DNA of 12,688 nucleotides from a virus (Duplodnaviria; Heunggongvirae; Uroviricota; Caudoviricetes): IMG/VR virus record IMGVR_UViG_2734482785_000014, positions 1 to 12,688 of that record; one strand, 5' to 3'. Shown piece by piece: positions 6,454 to 12,688 of this stretch (position 1 is its first letter; each line of letters starts with the position of its first letter). The notes under the pieces were generated by a model. It saw only the letters and a program-made list of their open reading frames with translations, ran no database searches and was not told where the DNA came from. The position numbers and the translations under genes were made by a program.

Positions 6454-6597
6454 GGTTGTTCCAGGTTGTTCGGTGATTCTGGCTGATGTTTACATACTGA
6501 TTTTTATGTATATGTTGGCGTGTGGCACTCAGACGTGAGCCGCCACAATGCCGCCTGACCCCCTGCGCGATGCCGGGTTGATCTGCGAGATGCCGAG
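6454..6597 (+). promoter_or_regulatory. Repeat-rich control region upstream of the capsid operon (candidate activator-dependent late promoter)
   Basis: Direct repeat GGTTGTTC at 6454-6461 and 6464-6471. Inverted repeats TACATA/TATGTA (6491-6510) and TGTGGC/GCCACA (6521-6547). Direct repeat CTGCG(C/A)GATGCCG(G/A)G at 6563-6577 and 6583-6597, 20 bp apart. No good sigma70 -35/-10 pair is visible before the ATG at 6666. Confidence 0.3.
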
Positions 6598-6665
6598 AGT
6601 GTCGGGCGGCGCTCCCTCCGTGTTGGTTTCACGTCCTGAATCTTAACCAATACGAGAAAACCTTC

Positions 6666-7835
6666 ATGAAGAAATTAATCGAACTCCGCCAGCAAAAAAC
6701 CGCCCTGAAAAACCAGATGCGATCCCTGCTGGAAAAAGCCGACAGTGAAAACCGCAGCCTGAACGATGACGAGGGCAAACAGTTTGATGAACTGCGTGCA
6801 AAAGCCGATTCCCTCGACACAGAAATTTACCGCCTCGAGTCTGTGGCTGATGAAGAACGCAGCAAGCCAGGAACGGGCATCCAGAAATTATCATCTGATG
6901 AATTGCGTAACTACATCGTAACCGGAGATGTGCGATCACTGTCCACCAGCACTGACAGCGGCAGGGATGGCGGATATACCGTAATTCCTGAGCTTGATCG
7001 CGAAGTCATGCGCCAGCTACAGGATGACAGTGTTATGCGCGTGATCGCGACAGTGAAGACCGCAAAATCAAATGAGTTTCAGAAACTGGTTTCCACTGGC
7101 GGCGCAACTGTAGGACGAGGCACAGAAGGCAGCGCACGTAGTGAAACCAACACCCCGAAAATTGAACGTGTAACCATCAAGCTGAATCCGATCTACGCCT
7201 ACCCGAAAACCACGCAGGAAATCCTGGATTTTTCAGAGGTGGATATTTTGGGCTGGTTATCCTCCGAAATTGCCGACACGTTCGCCAGCACCGAAGAGGA
7301 TGATTTTGTTAATGGCGACGGTAACGGCAAGCCGAAAGGCTTCATGGCTTACACCCGTGCGGCGACCAGTGACAAAACCCGCGCTTTTGGCACCATTGAA
7401 AAAGTGGTAGCGGCAAGTGGAACCGCCATTACAGCGGACGAACTGATCGACATTCTCTACAAGCTGAAAGCGAAATACCGCAAAAATGCCGTCTGGGTGA
7501 TGAACTCGGGCACGGCAGGGACACTACAGAAGCTGAAAAATGAGAATGGCGATTATATCTGGCGCGACAGCCTTAAAGAAGGTGCGCCGGATATGTTGCT
7601 TGGTCGTCCTGTTTTCTGCCTGGAGTCCATGCCGGACATCGGCGCAGGAAAAGCTCCGCTAGCGGTTGGCGATTTCAGTCGTGGTTATTTCATCGTTGAT
7701 CATGTAACAGGGATTCGCACCCGACCGGACAACATTACTGAACCCGGATTCTACAAGGTCCACACGGATAAATATCTGGGCGGTGGTGTGGTGGATTCAA
7801 ACGCCATCAAAATTCTGGAAATGAAAGCTGGCTAG
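6666..7835 (+). CDS. Major capsid protein, HK97 fold, with N-terminal scaffold-like (delta) domain (389 aa)
   Basis: N-terminal coiled-coil segment (MKKLIELRQQKTALKNQMRSLLEKADSENRSL...) followed by a core with phage capsid motifs (GGYTVIPELDREV..., FVNGDGNGKPKGFMAY, ...YKVHTDKYLGGGVVDSNAIKILEMKAG). Sits at the head of the prohead protease-portal block. Confidence 0.85.
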   Translation: MKKLIELRQQKTALKNQMRSLLEKADSENRSLNDDEGKQFDELRAKADSLDTEIYRLESVADEERSKPGTGIQKLSSDELRNYIVTGDVRSLSTSTDSGRDGGYTVIPELDREVMRQLQDDSVMRVIATVKTAKSNEFQKLVSTGGATVGRGTEGSARSETNTPKIERVTIKLNPIYAYPKTTQEILDFSEVDILGWLSSEIADTFASTEEDDFVNGDGNGKPKGFMAYTRAATSDKTRAFGTIEKVVAASGTAITADELIDILYKLKAKYRKNAVWVMNSGTAGTLQKLKNENGDYIWRDSLKEGAPDMLLGRPVFCLESMPDIGAGKAPLAVGDFSRGYFIVDHVTGIRTRPDNITEPGFYKVHTDKYLGGGVVDSNAIKILEMKAG

Positions 7836-7844
7836 TCATGAGTA

Positions 7845-7869
7845 AGGAGGAGGCTGCGGCCTCCTTTTT
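7845..7869 (+). terminator. Strong hairpin terminator or attenuator between the capsid and protease genes
   Basis: Stem AGGAGGC (7848-7854) pairs with GCCTCCT (7859-7865) around loop TGCG, extendable by A-U and G-U pairs, followed by TTTTT (7865-7869). It lies 10 nt after the capsid stop and 20 nt before the protease start. Confidence 0.7.
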
Positions 7870-7889
7870 CAGCTTTATGGAGTACACCG

Positions 7890-8450
7890 ATGAAAAACAC
7901 CGATTTTGAAATCCGCACATCTGAACTGACCGCCAGCAATAAAAAGCTGGTGGGGTATGCCGTTCGCTGGAACAGCCTTTCAGAAATTATCTGGGACGAA
8001 TTCCGCGAACAGTTCACGCCGGGGGCTTTTGCTGACTATCTGGCGGCGGGTAATGATGTGCGCTGCCTGTATGAGCATGACTATACCCGACTGCTGGGGC
8101 GCACCAAATCCGGAACACTGGTACTGACTGAGGACAACACCGGGCTACGTTTTGAACTGACACCGCCTGATACCCAGCTTGGAAAAGATGTGCTTACGCT
8201 GGTGGAGCGTGGCGACATTACAGGAATGAGCTTTGGTTTTCGCGCATTATGCGAGGAGTGGAGTATCGCGCAAAAACCGTATCTGCGTACCGTAACCGCC
8301 GCTGAACTCCGTGAAATCACAATAACGTCGATGCCTGCTTATCCGGAATCTGGCGTGGAGATTGCCCACCGTTCGTTGTTTGCACAGCACCCTGAATTAC
8401 GTCCGACAGGAAATAATCGTCATCGCTGGGCTGAGCTGGCGGGGTTGTGA
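7890..8450 (+). CDS. HK97-family prohead maturation protease (186 aa)
   Basis: FEIRTSELTASNKKLVGYAVRWNSLSEII...FTPGAFADYLAAGNDVRCLYEHDYTRLLGRTKSGTLVLTEDNTGLRFELTPPDTQLGKDVLTLVERGDITGMSFGF matches the prohead protease layout. Ribosome-binding site GGAG at 7879-7882. Confidence 0.85.
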   Translation: MKNTDFEIRTSELTASNKKLVGYAVRWNSLSEIIWDEFREQFTPGAFADYLAAGNDVRCLYEHDYTRLLGRTKSGTLVLTEDNTGLRFELTPPDTQLGKDVLTLVERGDITGMSFGFRALCEEWSIAQKPYLRTVTAAELREITITSMPAYPESGVEIAHRSLFAQHPELRPTGNNRHRWAELAGL

Positions 8451-8451
8451 T

Positions 8452-9666
8452 ATGTGGTGGCCTTTTAGTCGTAAAAAAAGCGAGCAGCGTAACCTGTCCA
8501 TTGATGATTTTCTGGCGCTGTCCGGCGTACCGAATACCGGATCCGGAGAATATGTTTCTGCCGGGACGGCTGAATCATTGCCTGCAGTGATGAACGCGGT
8601 TTCTGTCATCGCTGAGGCGGTGGCCACGATGCCGTGTTATCTGTATCAGGTACGTAATGACAAGGGCAGGGAGGCGCGGGAATGGCTGGACAGTCACCCG
8701 GTAGATATTCTGCTGAATGAGCAGCCTAATTCGTGCCAGACACCTTACCAGTTTAAACGCACAATGATGCGTCACTGCCTGCTGAACGGTAACGCCTATG
8801 CGGTTATTGAGTGGGGGCAGGACGGGCAGCCAAAATCACTTCATCCTTATGCGCCGGGGTGTGTTGTACCGGAACGCACAGGCGCACACAAATACCGCTA
8901 TACCATCACCGAACCCTGTACAGGAACGGTGCGCACGTATTTACAGGAAGAAGTTCTGCATCTCCGCTATGCCTCGGATGATGGCTTTCTGGGACGCTCC
9001 CCCATCACGATTTGCCGTGAGGCGCTGGGGCTTGGCCTTGCTCAACAGCGTCACGGAGCCAGCATTATGAAAGATGGCATGATGGCGGCAGGGATTATCA
9101 CGTCAGGCGAATGGCTGGACGGCGTGAAAGGTAAACAGGCATTAGACGCACTGGAACGCTACAAGGGGGCGAAAAATGCCGGAAAAACGCCAATCCTTGA
9201 AGGGGGCATGGATTACAAGCAACTGGGGATGAGTAACCAGGATGCGGAATGGCTGGCCTCCCGTCGCTTCTCCATTGAAGACATCGCCCGGATGTTCAAC
9301 GTGTCGCCGATTTTTCTGCAGGAATACAGCAACAGCACCTACAGCAATTTCAGTGAGGCAAGCCGCGCGTTTCTGACTATGACAATGCGTCCGTGGCTGG
9401 CGAACTTCGAACAGCAAATCAAGGCCGCTTTGCTGGTGGCTTCTCCCGTACCTGGTACCCGTTATCTGGTTGAGTTTGATTCAGCCGATTTACTGCGCGC
9501 CACACCTACTGAACGTTACGCCACGTATGAGAAAGGGATTAAGAACGGGATCATGAATCCGAACGAAGCCCGTGAGCGTGAGGGAATGCCGCCGCGTGAA
9601 GGTGGCGACGAGTTCAGCCAGGCATGGAAGCAGACTGTGGAAATTAAAGGTGAAAAAGATGAGTGA
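8452..9666 (+). CDS. Phage portal protein, HK97 family (404 aa from ATG 8452)
   Basis: ATG 8452 immediately follows the protease stop (TGATATG). Translation MWWPFSRKKSEQRNLSIDDFLAL...NGNAYAVIEWGQDGQPKSLHPYAPGCVVPER... has portal-like motifs and size. The ORF-track start at 8362 lies inside the protease gene. Confidence 0.85.
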   Translation: MWWPFSRKKSEQRNLSIDDFLALSGVPNTGSGEYVSAGTAESLPAVMNAVSVIAEAVATMPCYLYQVRNDKGREAREWLDSHPVDILLNEQPNSCQTPYQFKRTMMRHCLLNGNAYAVIEWGQDGQPKSLHPYAPGCVVPERTGAHKYRYTITEPCTGTVRTYLQEEVLHLRYASDDGFLGRSPITICREALGLGLAQQRHGASIMKDGMMAAGIITSGEWLDGVKGKQALDALERYKGAKNAGKTPILEGGMDYKQLGMSNQDAEWLASRRFSIEDIARMFNVSPIFLQEYSNSTYSNFSEASRAFLTMTMRPWLANFEQQIKAALLVASPVPGTRYLVEFDSADLLRATPTERYATYEKGIKNGIMNPNEAREREGMPPREGGDEFSQAWKQTVEIKGEKDE

Positions 9667-9958
9667 AGACAAAATTACACCTGATGAAGTCAGGGCACAT
9701 CTTCGCCTTGATGACTTTTCCGGAGAAGGCGAACTTCTGAAAATGTATACCGATGCGGCGCTGGAAGCCTGCCAGAAGCATATCGGGAAACGTTTTGAAG
9801 ACGGGCTGGAATTTACCCCGGCAATACGTGTTGGTTGCCTGATGTACATCGCTTTCCTGTACGAGAACAGGGAAGCGGTTTCACCTGTGGAGCAGTCTGA
9901 ACTGCCTATGGCTATTTCTGCGCTCTGGTCGGTTTATCGTGATGTGGGGGTGTACTGA
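9659..9958 (+). CDS. Head-tail connector protein (gp6-like), 99 aa
   Basis: MSEDKITPDEVRAHLRLDDFSGEGELLKMYTDAALEACQKHIGKRFEDGLEFTPAIRVGCLMYIAFLYENRE matches gp6-like connector proteins. ATG 9659 overlaps the portal stop; the ORF-track start at 9572 is inside the portal gene. Confidence 0.75.
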   Translation: MSEDKITPDEVRAHLRLDDFSGEGELLKMYTDAALEACQKHIGKRFEDGLEFTPAIRVGCLMYIAFLYENREAVSPVEQSELPMAISALWSVYRDVGVY

Positions 9959-10398
9959 TGCCGTGGCAACCATTAAGGCGCTGCACTGAGCCGGGCTGTA
10001 ATAAGCGCGTGAAGTCCGGAAAGTGTGAAGAGCACAGGCGGGCTGCATGGCGTGCAGAGGATGCCAGACGGGGACACCGCCGCGCGCGCGGGTATTCCCG
10101 ACAGTGGGACAAATACCGCGCCCTGTACCTGAGCAAAAACCCGTTATGCGTGCGTTGTCTGGCTAAGGGGATTTATACGCCAGCTCTTGTGGTGGATCAC
10201 ATCATTCCCATCAATGGCGGCGGTGATGTTCTCTTCTGGCCTGAGTGGAATCACCAGGCATTGTGCCAGACGTGCCACAACCGTAAGACGACACGGGAAG
10301 ATCCAGCCACGAAAGCGAACCGTAAGGCGGGCATGTATCGCGAGCAGGAAGAACGGGCGGCACACCGTAACGACTGGATGTATGGCGATGATGACTGA
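9958..10398 (+). CDS. HNH endonuclease (terminase-associated), 146 aa
   Basis: Cys-rich N-terminus (CTEPGCNKRVKSGKCEEH) and HNH core (CLAKGIYTPALVVDHIIPINGGGDVLFWPEWNHQALCQTCHNRKT). Its start overlaps the connector stop (TGATG). An HNH gene next to a P27-type small terminase is the typical HK97-like cos-packaging arrangement. Confidence 0.85.
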   Translation: MPWQPLRRCTEPGCNKRVKSGKCEEHRRAAWRAEDARRGHRRARGYSRQWDKYRALYLSKNPLCVRCLAKGIYTPALVVDHIIPINGGGDVLFWPEWNHQALCQTCHNRKTTREDPATKANRKAGMYREQEERAAHRNDWMYGDDD

Positions 10399-10567
10399 AC
10401 AGGAGCAAAACAGGCTGATACGTGGACTGATAAGGCAGCGTGACTTATGGAAGACACAGGAGACAGGGCACAAAGCCAACAGGACAGGGCGCACAGAACG
10501 CACCACAGCGAAGCAATTAACCGACCGTGACCGCGAGGTCATGGAATGTTTTCGCAATCGCTGGTGA
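10382..10567 (+). CDS. Possible small hydrophilic protein between HNH and small terminase (about 60 aa); may be spurious
   Basis: In-frame ATGs at 10382, 10388 and 10391 overlap the HNH 3' end; translation MAMMTEQEQNRLIRGLIRQRDLWKTQETGHKANRTGRTERT.... No convincing ribosome-binding site. Confidence 0.25.
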   Translation: MAMMTEQEQNRLIRGLIRQRDLWKTQETGHKANRTGRTERTTAKQLTDRDREVMECFRNRW

Positions 10568-10575
10568 GGCCGTCA

Positions 10576-10670
10576 GAGGGGGTGGGGGAGGTTTTCAGGA
10601 CAAAACCGTCCCTGCCGGACACCGACCGCCCCCTCAAATTTTTGTGCACGGGAATTTTTTTGAAAATAAT
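10576..10670. other. Candidate cos/packaging-site region upstream of the small terminase gene
   Basis: G-tract inverted repeat GAGGGGGTGG (10576-10585) and CCGCCCCCTC (10626-10635), a nested GGAC/GTCC dyad between them, then AT-rich A/T tracts (AAATTTTTG...GAATTTTTTTGAAAATAATT). Located where HK97-like phages place cos, just 5' of the small terminase gene. Confidence 0.3.
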
Positions 10671-10686
10671 TGGGCGAAAAAAGAAC

Positions 10687-11043
10687 ATGGCAAGACCACC
10701 AAAAGCCCCCGCTTACCTGGATGAAATCGCGGTAAAGCAGTGGAAGGAAAAATCGCGGCAGCTTTCCGGGCGGGAAGACCTTACCCCCGCCGACTGGAGC
10801 AATCTGGAACTGTATTGCGTTAACTACTCCATATACCGCAAAGCCGTCGAAGACCTTGCGACGCGCGGGTTCAGCATTGTTAACAGTCAGGGCAGCGAGA
10901 GCAGAAACCCGGCCCTGAGCGCAAAGGCTGACGCGGAAAGAATAATGATCAAAATGGCTTCTTTGCTGGGTTTTGACCCGGTAAGCCGTCGCAGAAATCC
11001 ACCGGAAACAGAGGAAGAGGATGAGCTTGACCGCCTGGCATGA
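10687..11043 (+). CDS. Terminase small subunit, P27 family (118 aa)
   Basis: MARPPKAPAYLDEIAVKQWKEKSRQLSGREDLTPADWSNLELYCVNYSIYRKAVEDLATRGFSIVNSQGSESRNPALSAKADAERIMIKMASLLGFDPVSRRRN matches the P27-type pattern (N-terminal RPPK, central SNPA, C-terminal GF-P-SR-R). The ORF-track start at 10546 has no ribosome-binding site. Confidence 0.8.
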   Translation: MARPPKAPAYLDEIAVKQWKEKSRQLSGREDLTPADWSNLELYCVNYSIYRKAVEDLATRGFSIVNSQGSESRNPALSAKADAERIMIKMASLLGFDPVSRRRNPPETEEEDELDRLA

Positions 11044-12688
11044 GTACGCAGAAGGCGTAAAAAACGGCAAAATTACGGCCTGTAAACGACTGAAACAGAC
11101 CGTTAAACGGTATTTTTCTGACCTTGAAAACCCCCTTTATATGTTCGATTCGGAGGTCGTGGAGCGGTTTATTGCCTTTTCCAGGGTGTGCCCGCACGTA
11201 AAAGGCGCAATGCACGGTAGCCCCATTGAACTGGAGCCGTGGCAGCAGTTCGCCTTTGCGTGCATCCTGGGCTTTAAGGTTAAGGCCACCGGACGGCGCA
11301 AATACACCAGCGCATTCATTGAAGTACCGCGAAAAAATGCCAAATCCACGGTCGCCGCTATCCTGGCTAACTGGTTTCTGGTTATGGAAAACGGGCAGCA
11401 GGATATTTACACCGCCGCCGTGAGTCGTGATCAGGCGCGGATCGTGTTTGATGATGCGCGTCAGATGTGCCTTTTATCCCGACCGTTACGAAAGCGGGTA
11501 AATATTCAGGCGAACAAGGTGATACACCCGAAAACCAACAGCCTGTTAAAGCCACTGGCAGCAAAAGCGGCAACCATTGAGGGGAAGAACCCGAGTCTTG
11601 CCATTGTGGATGAATATCACCTGCACCCTGACAACGGGGTTTATTCCGCGCTTGAACTGGGAATGGGGGCGCGTCCGGAGGGGTTATTATTTGCCATCAC
11701 CACATCGGGGAGCAACGTTGTTTCAGCCTGTAAACAACACTACGACTATTGCTGCCAGATACTGGATGGTGAAGAGGTGAACGAATCCATGTTCGTGCTG
11801 ATTTACGAGCTGGATGATGAAAGCGAGGTTGACGATCCGGCGATGTGGATAAAGGCGAATCCCAATATCGATGTTTCCGTCGATCGTGAAAAACTGGCCT
11901 CAACCATCCAGAAAGCGCGGGGTATTCCGTCGCAGTGGGTGGAAATGCTCACCAAGCGATTCAATATCTGGTGTCAGGGGGCTACGCCGTGGATGGGTAA
12001 TGGTGCATGGGCGGAGTGCGCCGGAACGTTCGCGGAGGCGGATTTATACGGGCAGGAGTGCTACGCAGGGCTGGACTTATCATCAACCAGCGATATTTCC
12101 AGCGTGTGCTATGCCTTTCCGGTCGGTAAAAAGATTATGCTGGTTTCCCGTCACTATCTGCCGGAATTTCAGCTACAGAACCCCGCTAATAAAAACCGCG
12201 CCATCTATCGCCAGTGGGTAAAGGCGGGCTGGATACGCACAACACCGGGTGACTGCATTGATTATGACCGTATCCGTGATGACATCATGGCGGATGCAGA
12301 GAATTTCAATATCAGGCTGGTGGGCTTCGATACATGGAACGCTACGCACCTGAGGACGCAGCTACAGGGGGCAGGATTTGAGGTGGAGCCGTTCCCGCAA
12401 ACATACCTTCGTTTCAGTCCGGCGGCGAAATCGTTCGAAGTTTTTGTTAACCGGAAGGTGATTGTGCATCGTGGCGATCCGGTGCTGGCCTGGTCAATGT
12501 GTAATGTTGTGATGCAGAGTGACGCGAACGCCAATATCAAGCCGAACAAGAAAAAATCATCCAACAAGATAGACCCGAGCGTTGCGGCGCTGATGGCGTT
12601 TGGCACATTCCAGGCAGAGCATGAGGAATTTGCATTTGATATGAGCGACAGCCACAAAGAGCGGCTTGCGGCGTTTGATGGTGTGTAA
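11021..12688 (+). CDS. Terminase large subunit (555 aa)
   Basis: N-terminal ATPase domain with P-loop-like VPRKNAKST and Walker B-like LAIVDEYH, and a C-terminal nuclease region. Its start overlaps the small terminase 3' end by 23 nt with ribosome-binding site GAGGAAGAGG. The stop codon is the last three bases of the window. Confidence 0.9.
   Translation: MSLTAWHEYAEGVKNGKITACKRLKQTVKRYFSDLENPLYMFDSEVVERFIAFSRVCPHVKGAMHGSPIELEPWQQFAFACILGFKVKATGRRKYTSAFIEVPRKNAKSTVAAILANWFLVMENGQQDIYTAAVSRDQARIVFDDARQMCLLSRPLRKRVNIQANKVIHPKTNSLLKPLAAKAATIEGKNPSLAIVDEYHLHPDNGVYSALELGMGARPEGLLFAITTSGSNVVSACKQHYDYCCQILDGEEVNESMFVLIYELDDESEVDDPAMWIKANPNIDVSVDREKLASTIQKARGIPSQWVEMLTKRFNIWCQGATPWMGNGAWAECAGTFAEADLYGQECYAGLDLSSTSDISSVCYAFPVGKKIMLVSRHYLPEFQLQNPANKNRAIYRQWVKAGWIRTTPGDCIDYDRIRDDIMADAENFNIRLVGFDTWNATHLRTQLQGAGFEVEPFPQTYLRFSPAAKSFEVFVNRKVIVHRGDPVLAWSMCNVVMQSDANANIKPNKKKSSNKIDPSVAALMAFGTFQAEHEEFAFDMSDSHKERLAAFDGV

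Noticed and set aside
6430-6665. P2/P4-type late promoter (Ogr/Delta site TGT-N12-ACA)
   Set aside because: The only TGT...ACA dyad here (TGTGGC/GCCACA) has a spacing of about 21 nt, not 12, so this type of site is not supported.
6629-12657. Short ORFs on either strand lying within or overlapping the capsid, protease, portal, connector, HNH and terminase genes (for example 6664-6939 -, 8081-8320 -, 9490-9849 -, 10144-10557 -, 10573-11070 -, 11871-12221 +)
   Set aside because: Each overlaps a + strand gene that has strong family motifs and coupled starts; none has a convincing ribosome-binding site.
1-12688. Integrase, attachment-site repeats, tRNA genes, tail or lysis genes
   Set aside because: None is recognisable in this window. 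The element boundaries and integration site are presumably outside it, so nothing about them is claimed.

Overview
This window reads as most of a phage-satellite-like mobile element that builds its own capsid but carries no tail genes in the window (resembling capsid-forming PICI-type satellites; this class assignment is from memory of the literature and not verified by any search). Almost everything is on the + strand in tightly coupled operons. Left to right: (1) a terminator, then a Bro-N/AntA-type antirepressor-like gene; (2) an AT-rich leftward two-gene module (ribbon-helix-helix-like protein plus a very basic small protein) ending in its own terminator; (3) a divergent promoter region with three copies of the palindrome TGTGCGCACA; (4) a rightward early operon: tandem-repeat Icd/Ash-like protein, three small overlapping unknown ORFs, and a 707-aa P-loop primase/helicase-like replication protein; (5) a replication origin with ATAACCCGCA iterons in both orientations and a consensus DnaA box; (6) an SSB with a C-terminal DGIPF tail, a PerC-family-like regulator, a small unknown ORF and a terminator; (7) a repeat-rich control region followed by an HK97-type head and packaging block in the unusual order capsid, prohead protease, portal, head-tail connector, HNH endonuclease, small terminase, large terminase. 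No integrase, tRNA, CRISPR array or tail gene is visible, and both element boundaries lie outside the window. All family assignments come from reading motifs in the translations, not from database searches.
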